A DNA stretch of 64,000 nt from Lama glama (GCA_028534125.1 CM052816.1:66404001-66468000), one strand, 5' to 3'; counted from the stretch's first letter, positions 1-13,829 are shown. The notes: generated from the sequence alone by a model not told the origin. Translations and numbers: made by a program.

Positions 1-105
1 GTTTTCATCTGTTCTAGGATTTCATTCAAATGAATCTATGCAGTATGTTCCCTTTTGTATCTGGCTTTGTTTGCTCTGCATAATGTTTTTGAGATTCATC
101 CAGTT
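1..105 (-). mobile_element. L1M 3' UTR fragment
   Basis: cagtatgttcccttttgtatctggc...cataatgtttttgagattcatcc is typical of an antisense L1MB/MC 3' end. Confidence 0.7.
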
Positions 106-107
106 AT

Positions 108-265
108 TGGATTTGATTCCCAGCTCTTTTTATGAGCTGTATGGCAATTGGACCAATTACTTAACTTCTGTTTTCTCAGCTGAGAAATAGTCTTGTTTAT
201 ACCTTTCTGATGGAGTAGTTGTGAGAATTAATATCAAGGTGCCTGGCTTGGTGCTCAATAATTAT
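108..265 (+). mobile_element. MIR SINE
   Basis: ttcccagctct...ttacttaacttct...gttgtgagaatta...gtgcctggc...gtgctcaataa. Confidence 0.7.
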
Positions 266-1164
266 ATCAGTATGGATATAAATATAATTTATATCACTGT
301 TTATTTTCCCTCCTACTAAAGGAAGAAGAGAATAATTCTGAAGCTGCCACAAGCAGCTCATGTTGAAGTTCAACATGTCCTATGAGAGAAACCAGCACAA
401 AGAGAACTCTGCGATCATAACTTTGATTATTAGACAAAGACACTCCCCTAAATTTCTGCCTCCTTCTTCCGTGTCTCTTTTGGCCTTAAGCAAATTGGCA
501 GCAAACAGCTCTGTCTTCTCTGTCCTGGGCTGCATTCTGCTCCTTCCAGAGTCAAATGACTTCCAAGAAAAGAGCACAATGTACTTTTCCCTCTCCACCC
601 AGAAAAAGATAGAATGAGGGAGATGAACAAATGGCCTCCAGGGATCTTCTCATAAAGGGCCAATGTAAAAGACTAAGCACAAAAGGCTGTCCCTTCTCCT
701 AACAAAGATCTCATCATCCCTGGTTCCATCAAGTGGGGAACTGGGATGGGGAGAGGAAGAGCAGCAGGAGAGCTCAGTATTTCCTCCCTGATCGCCCACT
801 TCCAAATCTCTTCCTGCTCACCCTAGAAAATCACTGATACTCTAGTTTCTTTTTGCTTTCACCACTCTTCATCCCGTTTTGTTCCCTTACTCTTTTGCAC
901 ATCTCTTCCTCTGTGGTGCATCCATGATATTATAATATGAACATTCATTCAGAGGAAGCTGGGGTGACAGGAGGTATGATAGTTCTGGCAATTAACAACT
1001 GTCAAGAATAGGGTTAATGGATTTAACTAGCATTCCTTAACCTCCTAAAAAACCTCCCTTTTGGCACTGCCCTTGGCTGCTCAAGCATTGCCACCCGCTG
1101 GGTATAGTCAGGTCACCAACCAAAAGACAACTCTTATGCATTTGATCAAAGTTACATCTGTCTC

Positions 1165-1277
1165 TACATATTGCTATATATAAAACAGATAAACAACAAG
1201 GACCTACCATATAGCATAGGGATCTATATTCAATAACCTATAATGGAAAAGAACCTAAAAAAAAGTATATTTTATAT

Positions 1278-1310
<33 letters not shown>

Positions 1311-1434
1311 TATATATATATATTAAAAAAACTGTATACCTGAAACTAACACAACATTATAAATCAACTCTACTTCATTAAAAAAAATTATACTGAATAT
1401 ATTCAAATAAAACTTCATCCATCAGTTTAAAGAA
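1165..1434 (+). mobile_element. 5'-truncated L1 3' end with internal (TA)n(CA)n, extra 3' segment and 17-bp TSD
   Basis: aacaacaaggacctaccatatagcataggga...ctgtatacctgaaactaacacaacattataaatcaac, then an A tract. TSD aaagttacatctgtctc (1148-1164) / aaagttagacctgtctc (1435-1451). Confidence 0.85.
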
Positions 1435-2824
1435 AAAGTTAGACCTGTCTCATCCAGGGCTTCTCCAATAAGTCAGCTGCAGCCCCATTTACTCAGATGG
1501 GTCTTTAACACTTGAATTATTAGAGTGTCTTAGTCAGGTGTACTATGATAAGTAACAAAAAGAGTGTACAAAATTGTTTTTAAGCAGACAGTGTTTGGTC
1601 CCAAGAAATTAATAATTCCTGGGAGTTGATACAAACTGTTTTGCTGTGGATGGAAAGTGCATGTCTAATTAACATGGATGTGTGTATCAGAAATAACATG
1701 GCAGGAAAAAGAACAGTAAGATGGACACAGAATTCCAAATGATATTTGGATGCATTTGTTTACAACTGTTGAACTTGCTGATTTCTCTGGATATAATGAT
1801 ATTTGCTACAGGTAGCAAAATTCTAATGAAAACCCCTTGAGACATGATTTTCTTTTAAGGTATGCTTTAGCTTCTGTTCTTTCACATGCTAACAAATATC
1901 CTATCGTTCATTTCATAAGAAAAATGAAATACTCACAATCAAGACTTTAATGGGACCTTGAAATAAGAGATGAATTTTAGGGGGCATGAACATTTATCCT
2001 GTTTTAATTTTGATAATCGTGTTAATCAAGTTTCTCTGAATACCTCTCAGTGTCAGAGGTTGTGGTTGTACCTCTACACTTCCCTAACTCCAACATCCAT
2101 TCTAGATGGGAACTATGATTCAGTCCTACCAGAGGAACTTCAGGGAAGTGAGTCCTATGCATGGCAGGTAAGAGTGTGAGTGGCTTCCACACACACCCTT
2201 TCCTTGCCTTAGTGTTAAACACAAAGGAATCCAAGAAGACAGACTGAAAAGATGGAAGAAGTCTAGGCTTTGTGCTTCAGGGAGGGCCACACAGAAGAGC
2301 TGCCCAATCTGCTTCAGACCATGACATAAGAAAGAAATAACCACAAGAAAAAAAGTGTCACTAAGTGTTACACTGTCACTAAGATATGAAGGTTGGTCTC
2401 TAGTGTTACTAATTACCCTGGCTAACATAGTTTCCTTCCCATATCTGATTTATGTGATAAAATGGGGTTGGTATTCACAGATTCAACTTCAGGAAGACAC
2501 AGGCAGATGTCTTTGCAGATCCATTTGCTTCCTTATTTTATTGTTGTTTCTGTATGGGGTGGGGTGGACGTGGGTGGGAGGAGGGATAAATATACCCTTA
2601 GTAACAGTCAGTCTCAGGGACTACATCATCTCTTACTTTTCAAATCCCAGGCAAGGCACAACAATTAGAATTTCCATAATGGACTACTAAAATCTTATGG
2701 GTTTAAGGGAACTTTATGTTTCACACTTAATCTACCTTGCATAGATAGAGACAGAATATTATATTTTTTATTTGTTTCCTTTTGTTTTTTGCATCCCAAG
2801 GCAATTACTATATTAAGAACTTAA

Positions 2825-3106
2825 ATAAAGAGGGATAAATTTGTGAGTTTGAGATTTGCAAGTGTTAACCCCTATATATAAAAATAGATAAAAAACAAAT
2901 TTCTTCCGTATAACATAGGGAACTATGTTCAATATCTTGTAGTAACCTTTAATGGAAAAGAATATGAAAATGAATATATGTGTGTGGAGATATACATAGA
3001 TGTAGATATAGATATAGATATACATACATGACTGGGATATTATGCTGTACACCAGGAACTGACACACTGTAACTGACTATACTTCAATACAAAAAAAAAA
3101 ATTTTT
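2825..3106 (+). mobile_element. 5'-truncated L1 3' end (younger, camelid-type) with poly(A)
   Basis: gggataaatttgtgagtttgagatttgc...gctgtacaccaggaactgacacactgtaactgactatacttcaata(A)n. Flanking repeat ttaagaacttaa (2813-2824) / ttaagaccttaa (3107-3118). Confidence 0.85.
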
Positions 3107-3797
3107 TTAAGACCTTAACGACAGAGGGAATTGTTATGAAATCAGTGGCCAGTGAATTAGAACCCATTTTCAGCTGCTTGAGAAAGAATTGATTTTATTA
3201 CTTTAATTTGAAAGTGTAATATTGGCAAGTTTTAAAAGTCTTTTTTTTTTTTTCCAATAAAAAAGCCAGCTGGGGAAATGAGGCTTGGTTCTGGCCGAGT
3301 AAATAGTAGACGGATTGTTCTCCACTATGAGCACCCATGGTATGACTAAATGTGCCTGCTTACCATAGACTCTGATGGGTAATCTACCTGTTATCTAGGA
3401 AAAAAGCCATGTCATCTCCCTCACTGGCAAACATGAGTGATATAAGAATAGGTCATTGCTTCTTTCTCTCTGAGACGAAAGAATGAAAAGATTACATAAA
3501 ATTTGCAAAGGATTATTTACTCAATATCTTTGAAAGGTGACTATGGGACAGGCATTAATTCTCAAAAGAGACCAAAGAAAATATAAATAGTGATCACATC
3601 ACCCCTTCCAAAGGAAGAGACATAATTTCAATTCAGTGTATCTATTCATTTAAAGTAAAAATATATTATCTGGAACTATAACATGTAATATCTGTATGTG
3701 CATTATGCATTCACACGTAGTCATATAAGTACATGTACTTAAAAAAGCAATACTGAGAATTCTTTTCCTATGTGATTAACTCACTCTAGAGGAAAGT

Positions 3798-4313
3798 GAG
3801 TAGATTGATAAAAGAGCCACAATTATTCAAACCTACCCATCTGCAGGCCCCTTTTATGATGTTACTTTGCAGCTTCTCCCATCAAAATACGGCAGCAACT
3901 TTTCCTCCCCTTTGAATTTGGGCTGGCCTTCTACTTGCTTTGGCCAATAGATACGACTGAAGCAATGATATGCCAGTTCCGAGTCTAGGTCTCAAGAGGT
4001 CTGGCATGCTTCCTCCCTCTCTTGTTAACAAGTAGCAAACCCAGACTAGCCTGCTGGCTGAAGAGATACGGGGCCCAATAACCCCACTGCCCCACTGCCC
4101 AGCAAACGACCAATCAACTCTCAGAAGTAGAGCCACTCTGCTCCTGACCACATATGCCTGAGAAACCCTGATCCCGACTCAACTCTCAGAGGAGCCACCC
4201 ACCTGAGTCAGACTGCTGACTCACAGACCAGTAGGTTAAATAAATAAATGTCTGTCATTTGGGGCCATTACACTTCAGCATGGTTTGCTAGGCAGCAAGA
4301 GGTAAGTGACACA
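3798..4313 (+). mobile_element. MaLR solo LTR (MLT1F-like)
   Basis: ctttgcagcttctcccatcaa...ttgaatttgggctggcctt...gctttggccaatag...ggtttgctaggcagcaagaggtaagtgacaca. Confidence 0.8.
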
Positions 4314-4459
4314 ACTAATAAAGGACCTTTTAATCTTCGCATTACCTGTGGGGTAAGTTTCAGTAGGTTGCTAAATAACATCCTACTTATTTTTAAAAGT
4401 AAGATTCTCATTCTTGAACCACAATCCTCCTTTCCTCCAGGGCTCACCTTGGTGAATGC

Positions 4460-4672
4460 AGAAGCAGGCTGGAGTTTAAATCTCAAATTCACATTTATTT
4501 ACTAAGTAAGCCTTGGGGAAGTCACTTGGCCTCTCAGGTCTCAGTCTGTCCTACATTAAGATGGAGATAGTGCTATGAAGAGTTTTGTTGGGAGGATTAA
4601 AATAAACTGACACAGGTAAATTGTCCATTATTATACCTGCAACATAACAGATGCACATAAAACAGTTCTTAT
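4460..4672 (+). mobile_element. MIR SINE
   Basis: ccttggggaagtcacttggcctctcaggtctcagt...gttgggaggattaaaat. Confidence 0.75.
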
Positions 4673-4859
4673 TCTTCCCAAACTTTCTTTTTCTTTCTAT
4701 TTTCGGGTGAGTCGTGATATCCAGTATCACTTTCTGTCACTCACTACTTCTGGAACTATTACTCTGAGATAAAGTTAACTAACTTTCAGTCTAGTGGACT
4801 CTCCCTTGCTTAAGACTTCTTTTTCCCATGGGTCTTTTCACAAACTAGGCTTATTACAC

Positions 4860-5100
4860 ATATAACACCTATCATTCAAGAAATTATATATAATATAAAT
4901 TTGTTATATTTGTGTTACATATATTTATATAATATACATTTACATGATATATTTATATAACATATCATATGAATGTATACTATACATAATATCAAAATAA
5001 TTTATACTTATGTTATATATATCTTGTGGGCATTTATATGTGATTTGCTGATCGCTCCCTGAAATTATGTGTATATTTCTATATTTACATATTTGATTAC
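4860..5100. repeat. AT-rich low-complexity / degenerate (TA)n tract
   Basis: Visible TA-rich composition. Confidence 0.6.
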
Positions 5101-5245
5101 TTATTATTATTTGCCTCACCTACAAGCAGATAAGCTTTCTGAGGTATTTTTGTTTCATATTCCTCCCACCCTGACCTGGGATGGCACTTGGGACACAGTA
5201 GACACTCAATAAGTATTTGTAGAATGGAGTAATAAATGAAGAAAT
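5100..5245 (+). mobile_element. L2 3' end
   Basis: gacacagtagacactcaataagtatttgtagaatg. Confidence 0.7.
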
Positions 5246-6169
5246 GCTTCTTAATCACTATTATAAAACAAATTTATGCATTCTTGGAAAGACAATTAGT
5301 TCAGAGATTGTTTTTTAATGCCATTTTGAAAGACATCAGAGAGAGAGACAGAGGCAACATGACATGAAGGGTTTCTCTATGGCTCGCTTTATGCAGTTTG
5401 CCTTTTAATGGTTTTTCATCACAGTAGGAATTTCCGAAAATACTCTCGCATTTAAGTTTGAAGATTTTATTTGGAATTTGGAGCATTAACTAATTAATTA
5501 TGTAAGTACTCTCTCTGGAGCAGAACTTGTTTCTATGACTTAAATCAGTTAAATTATAACTATGAACAGCATAGTCAGTCATATATAGTCTGTCATAAAA
5601 CCTATTTGAAAAGTTGGATTTGAATCTTGTAAGGGTAAATTGAACTCTTTTGGGAACTCTTCTTATTTCTCAATTTAAAATATACACAGCTTGCTGAGCT
5701 CCCCAGAAAGAACCCATAAAAATCCTTGACCATGAAAAGCCCTTTTATTATCTGCTGTTAAAAATGATTTCCTTCGGGTAAACTGCATTCTCCAAGCAAT
5801 ACTTCATTACCTATATGACCTGTAATAGTCCGGTAGTAGATCTAAGAATGCTTTGGAAACCCTTAAATTGCCCTAAGCTTTAAAATCAAATGCTTAAACT
5901 AAGCCAGCTCATCTAACAAGCAGAAGAAATCAGGTCAGAAAAAGAGGGAGAAGCAAATGCAGAAAACATTAAATTAGAAAGTCAGAAAACATGAATTTTT
6001 ATAGTTTGAGTTTCATTTCCAGGTCATTTCATCTAAAATGCTTTGTCTATTCTTCAGGCTGCTGGCATGATATGAATAATGGGCACCCTAAATAGATTAC
6101 ATGTAAATGGAAGACTGTGGACTTGATATACGCAAAATTCTACCATAACTTTTCTTTCATTTAGGATAC

Positions 6170-6540
6170 AATTTATCTTTCCATGACTTCAACTGCCATC
6201 TAAAGGCGAATGATGTCCAAATCCCTGTCACCAATTCCCACCTCTGTCAAGTGTTCCAATGGTCATCACCAAGTAAATGTCCTATCACCACCTCATCAAT
6301 GACCACCATGTTAAATAAAGCGACCCAAACAGAACTCAGTTATCTCCTATATTATTTATCTCGTCCCATGCCACTATCACCCACCAGGCTCCCCAAGCAA
6401 AACCCTTACAGTTTTCCTTTCTCACTCTCATTTTCCCTTTAATCAATCATTAGAACCTGTTGTTTCTACCTTCAAAGGCAGAACTTCTGACCATCCTACA
6501 CAATCTGGCCTCACACCACCTCCCCAAGTCACATCCCTGC
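6170..6540 (+). mobile_element. L2 fragment
   Basis: ccatgacttcaactgccatcta...gatgtccaaatc...caaacagaactc, pyrimidine-rich L2 body. Confidence 0.6.
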
Positions 6541-6899
6541 ATTTTCCCTTCATCCCTTCAGGCTGCTGAAGATCATGCTTCTTGGAAGGATATTCATTTG
6601 TTAACAAGAAATATTTCCCAGACTCAATATTCCTCCTTATATCATTAAAATTATAAATATATGTAATATTATTTTTGCATTTGGGGGTTGTACAATTTTA
6701 TATATACTTAAAACTTAATTTACTAAACAGAGAAACTCTGTTTAGTTCCATACATTTGTTAGTTAAGCATACTTATTTTATGAATATATTAAAAACACTT
6801 ACAATGACTAAATAATGCTCTGCAATTTTTCTTCCAGATTTATAGTAAAAGCTCACCTGTATCAATTTTAAATGACAATAGCAAAAAAAGATCCTTAGA

Positions 6900-7930
6900 A
6901 AAACCAATAAAAATCGACTTTTCTAAAGAAACAAATTTAGAAATAAAAAGTTCCAATTTATTCTAACAATAAAAATTTTGAAATATCTCAGAACGAATCT
7001 GATGAGAAATGTGAAGATATTCTGTAGGGAATATCATGTAACACTACTGAAGAGTCCAATGTAAAAACTGAATAAATGAAGAATCAACATTTTTTTCTTT
7101 GCTATAAGAACTCAATATTGTTAAACGATCAATTTTCCCTAAATCAGTCTATAAATTCAATGTGATCGAAATAAAACCCCAATAGTATTTTATTTTATAA
7201 GTTAGCAGAATTTTTCTGATAGCATAATAAAGGAAAATTTCTAACCATAAACAATAAAGAGAAAGAAAGTATTTTTCCAGATATTAAAACATATTATAAA
7301 GCTGGAGTAGTTAAAACCAATGTACTGGCACAGGCTTAAACAGATCAATGTAAGAAGTGTGCAGAAATCTAGCCAAATATATGAAGGAAAAGTAAAGACA
7401 GCATTCCAAAACAACAGGGGAAAAATGATTATTCAGTCAATGGACAAGTTAGTAACTTTGAAGAAAACTAAACCTGGATCCCTATATTCTTTCCCAGAAT
7501 AGATACTATACAAATCAAAGATTTAAATGTACAAAGCAAAAATAAAATCACTAAAAGGAAGCATAGGAATTTAGTACTTTCTAAACATATTAATTATTTG
7601 TAGAAAATTAAATGATAAAGGAGATACTGGGGAAAAAAACTGCAGGACATATGACAAAAAATTAAAATCCTTTTGTATATGAAATAGGTTTTCTACATAT
7701 AAAATATTAATGAGTACAATGGCAGATTAAAGAGTAATGTATAACATCATGCCATTCACATAAGACTGTCTATCTGTTCCTACAAATCTCTGAATGTACA
7801 GAGAGAGGTCTAGAAGAATATGCTACAAAATAATAATTATATTCTCACAGGTGGGGGGTAAGATTTTTGCTAATTTATTCCTCTTGCATTGTTTCAACTA
7901 CTGACAATAAACATTTATAATAATTATAAA
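6900..7930 (+). mobile_element. Old L1 (L1ME-like) ORF2/3' UTR remnants
   Basis: aagaactcaatattgttaa...tctataaattcaatg...tattataaagct...tgtactggcaca, A-rich. Confidence 0.75.
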
Positions 7931-10900
7931 ATAATAAAGTTATTTAAGCAAAATAAAATTTATATGGAATAGTAAGCACAGTAAAACTGCCAAGAGTGTA
8001 CTGCAAAAGAAAAATAAAAAGCTATTATTTCATATTTTTAAAAGAGAATATAATTTACATATAAATGAAGAGAGAAACTGCAAATTGGTATTCAGAAAAA
8101 AGTTCATTATTTATTCTTTATTTATTATATTTCATTCTCAGTTCATCCTCTGGTTTGCCATTCAAATAGAATAATCATTTAAGATATTTCTGACTCACTT
8201 TATCTGTTTGTGACTGATGAAAAGAAATATAAGGAACCGTATTTTAAGCACAGAATCATGATTAATAATCCTTTTATTATAGTCATTTTAAACTATCACT
8301 TGATTTTTGAAGGGCATGTATTTTATTAAAAGTTGTTCTCATTTAAAATTTTAATTATTTGTTTTATCTGACTTAGATGTTTAATATTCAAAAACTCATA
8401 TAAATTTCAGCAAACTTATCTCATCTTTTCTCTTTGTTTTCCTTCTTTACCAAGGAAAAAAAAAACCCTTAATTCTTCTATATATATAGCTCTGTAGGGG
8501 TATGTATGTGCGCTCACTGGGTCAAGAGGTTTGGAAATGCAAGTCACAAGGTATCATTAACTACATCTTTCCTGTTATTTCCCAGTGGAACGAGGGCAGC
8601 TCTGGGTCATGCTCTAACCTCAGGTATGATACTAGAGAGTAGAGATGATACTACTTCCAGCTCAGCAGCTCATATCATAATGATTTCACCTCTACAGTAG
8701 ACTACAGAGAAAAGAAAACATATAAGATTAAGTTTTATGAGAAAAAAATCACTTTCCCACTTTTTAGGGAATATAAACTGACTGAGGAAGCTATACTTTA
8801 TGGCACAATTCATTAGAATTAGAATTCATTAGAATACTATAAAATAGATTTCAATTTCAAAGGAAAACTATAGAAGAATAAGTCAAAAGGCTTTCTTGAT
8901 TGCTCCCACCCCAAGACTATGCCAAGCTCCTCCATTATAAGATTACATTGCATTCATCATACTAAGAATTACTATTCCAAGTAGACTGTAGCTTTGAATG
9001 GAAGGCTTATGTTTGTTTGTAACTGTGTCCTTAGTGCAGGGCACAAAATACACGCTAAAAACTGTTTACGAAATTCATGAATAATTAAATAAAAGCACTG
9101 TGATTAAAATCAAGATTCTTCATAATGCATAATTTTTTTGTTTCACACACATACAAATACATATAGTAAATTACATACATGTGTACTATTGTACCTGTGT
9201 ATTATGCATATGGAAACATATATACACTACATTTTAAAGGCATAAATATATTTTCTAATATTTACTGCTAATGTATTATCTTGTAAACCCCCTGGAATGA
9301 ATATCACCTCTACCATCTCCCATCACCACTGTCACTCTGAGGACCACTGACCTAAAGAATTACTAACAGTCTCATATATTGACTCATTTAATAGTGACAG
9401 AAAGCACACAAGATAAACAGGAATCTAGAAAAACACAGTCCAGGTCAGTCATAATGAAGCAATTGGTCAATGGTACTGAGACCAAAGCTAGTAGGGACCA
9501 AAATTTCAGTCTCAAAACCCTATGAGGTGACATAGTTCCTGCCAGTGCATTGGAATTGCTGTTACTATGGCAGATCCTGTAGATTACACGGTCACAGGAA
9601 ACAGCCTGGTTTAAGAAGGCTTTGATTTGCCTAAGTTCCACATCCCCATGTCAGTGACTTTGCGTTGGTGCAAGCTACAACGCAAAGACATTACTCAGCT
9701 CTGGTGGCACCAAATGCCCAATTTCATTTAAGCTCAGAAAAAGTGATCCCTCCGGATCATGAGTAATCCATCTTAATCCAAACATTCAAAGCTGTTCTCA
9801 ATTTTAGCTCTGAGTTTTCCCTTTTTCTTTGTCTTGGATATTAGTCTTTTCTAGACTAGAAGGTACAAGAATTCTGTGGAAGCTATTTTCAAAATGGGTC
9901 TCAGGGATTTCCTAGCCAGTCGCAGGAATTCACAGGGGAATCACAGTCGTTAACGTCTATACTCAAACCATCTGCAGAAACACAGCTACGAGAAATTCAG
10001 AGATGATAAACGGAAGTTTAACAAATGTGACCATATTTCTTTTTCCAGGAGTAGCATCCCGAGTTCTAATTTACAACCCTAATTACGAAAGTTGATAAAC
10101 TGAGGTATGAAAGACTTCATCATATGTGAATACAGAGTTGATGCTGTTTAGCATCCTTATGCCAATTATCACATGTTCCAGAAACTCCCAGGGTTTCTTC
10201 TGATGTAACTAGAGTTACTATATTACTTGCTAAATCCATCCTTCATTATTCCTCATCCTTCATTCAAAACCCAGAGTTTTACATTTGCTTCTCTTAACTT
10301 GTTCTGACTGCTATTCTGCTGTCTAGCTGTACCAGACTTCTCTCCCCACTTCCTCTCTCTTGTCCTCCCACTATATTCCCCTCATTTTGTTTCCTTTCTG
10401 TCTTCCTAGACTCTGATCTCTGCCCCCTTACCTGATATTACTAAAGATGTAATAAGAATTATCCTTTTTCTAAATCACTAGCACAAGATCTATCTTGCAA
10501 CTTAAATCTGAATGGAGACCAGAGTTAGAAATCCTCATGTCACATATGAAAAAACGTGAACTGGTGCAAAGCCAGCATTTTATGCTTGTTCACTTTTCAA
10601 ATGTCTCTAGTTACATGAGTTGAGGTTTTAAATGCATGTAATCAGGGTTCCAAGAATGAGATTATGCAACTTTTTTCAGTTTCTAATGGTCAGATGCTGA
10701 AAATTCTTTGCATATAAATTGTAAATTATAAACAGAAAGGCAAGGGGTCAGGAATGCTGGAAAGAAGGAATAAATCAAGGGCTGTCATAGACAGAGGAGG
10801 AGAGTATACTTTGATGCTGCTGTAGTGCCTGAAAGAACAAGAAAGTGCTGCTTTTTGAGCTAAGGTTTTATCTTCAGCTGTCTCCAGGTGTCAGGCAAAT

Positions 10901-11639
10901 GTGCTGTCTGGGATAGGCAGATCATTAAAACATTTTAGCAGAGATGTGTTCATTACTTCGGCTAATAGAATTCAGAGTTCCCAAGAAAAGTAATATTGGC
11001 CAGCCGGATTTTGATAAGGAGGGATGGAAATATCTCTTTTTTGGAGGGAGGTTGAGAGACAGTTAGGAAGGAGAGGCCAGGAGTCTGTGTGACATGTAGT
11101 AGCTAGTGACAGAGATGGAACCAGAAAGCCCAGGGGGTTATGAAGACTCTGTGTGCCCTGTAATGTCAGACTCCCCACTTGGGTGGTTAGGACACTCGGG
11201 AGGGGAGTGCCATGGGTTAAGGTGGGGATGGGCTATGGCTGTTAAGTCAGAGTGGAAGTGAAGATGGAGACTTCTAGGAAGGTACCAGTCATCAAGTCCA
11301 AAGAAGCTCCAAAAGGGAGGATGAAATCTGAAATTAGAGGTCAGTGACTACAATGAGCAATTCAGAGCCAGTGAATTTAGAAAATGGAGCCTGAAAAGAG
11401 ACTTGGATTGCAGGTGTGATCCGCAAAATATTTACCAAATGGGCACCACCAGTCAGAAGAGATGCCAGGGAGAGCAGTGGAATGTGTCCTGGAGCCCGAT
11501 GCCCTTTGGGTATAAACCCTTTAGTTGCTGGACTATAGGGAGGTTCAGGGGCTCCCAGGAGACCAGCTGGTGGTAGAGCACTTGGGAACTTGAGACTGAA
11601 GCTAGTATTTACTGGAGAAATCCAGGCAAGCAGCTAAGA

Positions 11640-12014
11640 CATAGGCGAAGAAGTGACTGTCTAGCCAGAGCATTTCTGGGCTCCCTTTTCAGCAAGGTGG
11701 GACTATATGACTATTACTTGCCAGAGGAATATGAAGGAAGTGATGTTTGGTTCACAGTCAAGGTGATTAAGCATTGGGAGTAAGATCATTTTCCCAATGA
11801 TGACAGGGAGATCCTGAAGCTATAGGAAGATGGTGCTGTAAGACGGAAGCCCCCTGGATCCTGGAGGCACTTCTTGAAGGAGGCCTTCTCAAGAGAACTG
11901 CCCAAAGGGAAAACCAGAATTGAACTCTGCATGACTGGGAAAGTTAAGTTTTATTCTATAAACCTACTCAGGTTTTAGGATTTTTATAGCAATTAGTTAA
12001 CTCTGAACAAAACA
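11640..12014 (+). mobile_element. MaLR LTR (MLT1J/I-like)
   Basis: gccagaggaatatgaaggaagtgatg...gaagatggtgctgtaagacggaagcccctggatcc...tatagcaattag. Confidence 0.65.
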
Positions 12015-13724
12015 TGGCATAAAAACATTTCAGCATTTTAATGCATTCATTTCACAGTGATAAATACGAGCAACTTTCTCATTTAACTTTTCCTCCTTGA
12101 GAGGCTGTGGAACATTCTACAAAGACTTTTAGGTAACAATTAGAAAGATAAGTTTCTGGATCTTGTGGTAACATCCTTCCAAGAAACGAGAGGTTTGTTT
12201 GTTTTCTGTTTTTCTTATATTTTGGAGTATGATTTCTCTTTCTGTTACAGAAAACTATGAGGGATTCCCATTTTACACTGAAAAGCACATAAACCCACAC
12301 AATCACACAGTGAACTGATTTCTCCAAGGCGAGATGCTCAGGGAAAAGTCTTGTTCGGCTCTGTACTCACAGCAGGGGCCTACAGGGCTCATCCAATGAG
12401 TGTTTTCGAATGAATGAATGAACTCATTGCTACTAGAAAAGCCATGTGCTCAGGAAAAGTAAATTAGAAGGCAGCTATGTAGACCAACCTGGGGTCTTCT
12501 GCTAATTACCTGTATGATGCAGAATTCCCCAGGAACCACTAGTCTTTATTTCTTTGAAAGACTATGGTGACTTTTCAGTTTTAGCTTCTCAATTCCAGCG
12601 AGAGAGCTGTGTGGCCCCGGGAAGGAGTGACCAGCTCATACCCAGAGAACTATTTTATATCAAAACTTGGATGAAAACTCTGACTTTCATAACCCAAGAG
12701 TAGTAGTATTTTCCCTTACTGTGGCACCTATTGTTTTTGACTCTCAGTTGTTTTTCATCTGTAAAACACATATAACATTCATTTCACCTCACACAGTTCC
12801 TGTGAAGAGACCATGAGGCAGTATCAAAGAGCTGTTGTATTGCGCTCAGTATCAAAGATGTGGCGACTGTCCACCTCTAGACCTATTTGGTCAACTCGGG
12901 TCCATGTGAGACTGTGTGCAGCATGAAACCTAAGGATTGGGATTATCTTTAACGTCAGTGTATCATTAAAAAAAATCCTATAGTACTTATTTCTCCTGGA
13001 CTCATCAAAATACCATCGACTTTCAGTCTTATAAGACATAAATTATCAGCTAAATGAATAACTCAAAGTTTAGGGGTAAGGAAGCTATTATTCAGTTCAT
13101 CAGGAAAGAACTGAAGTATCTTATTAGCTAAAAAGCTGACTGTAGGGATTTTTTATCATCCTGAGTATGGACTTTTCTTTTAATTGGCTTCAGTGCCTTA
13201 TCTACTAGCTCCTCAAAACAGAGGATCTGGACTTGATTTGCGATCCAGCTTCTAAAGAGGAACACCGAATCAAGTATAGCTGGCTCCTCTTTCACATGGG
13301 GTTCTTCTGGGTGGATCTAGAGAGCCAGTAATCTCTGCCTGCAAGAGGAGGTGAGCAACAGAGGTGATCATTGTTCTCTGTGGCTGATTCAGCACACTTG
13401 GAAACAATACAGCAGAAGGTGCCAAGGGGCAGCTTGAGGAAAATTATTTGTGTGGCTTCTAATTGAACATGTCAGCAGTGAGTGATCGCTGGACTCACTG
13501 TTTAATGGACGCACTAAAACCCAGGCTAGGGAGGCATGGGGCCGGCTTTCCCTGTCCGCGCCAGTGGTTAGGGAGACCTCGGAAGGCTGGAGGCAAAACT
13601 GAGATGCAGGCAAAATTGACTTTGCTGCCTTCTATTCCCACTGCATGCTCTGTTCCCCACTCACAGAGCTCCCCATCCAGCTGAATGAGCCTGGTGCCCA
13701 CCAGGAAAAGGTCTGCTCTTGAAT

Positions 13725-13829
13725 GGGGAGGGCATAGCTCGGTGGCAGAGTGTGGCGTTTAGCATGCACAAGGTTCCCCGGTCCATCCCCAGTACCTCTA
13801 GTAAAGTAAATACCCTCCCACACCACCAA
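13725..13829 (+). mobile_element. Camelid tRNA-derived SINE (Vic-1-like) with 15-bp TSD
   Basis: ggggagggcatagctcggtggcagag...ttagcatgcacaaggtt...atccccagtacctc, a tRNA-Ala-like head with A/B boxes. TSD aaaaggtctgctctt (13706-13720) / aaaaggtttgctctt (13830-13844). Confidence 0.88.

Noticed and set aside
360..663. Three overlapping short ORFs
   Set aside because: No similarity to Rab3 exon 3 or any protein I recognise, and no convincing exon structure.
8807..8835. Direct repeat aattcattagaat x2
   Set aside because: Small local slippage duplication, not an array.
13725..13800. tRNA-Ala gene
   Set aside because: Diverged cloverleaf with SINE tail and TSD, so a tRNA-derived SINE; the same applies to 45717-45810.
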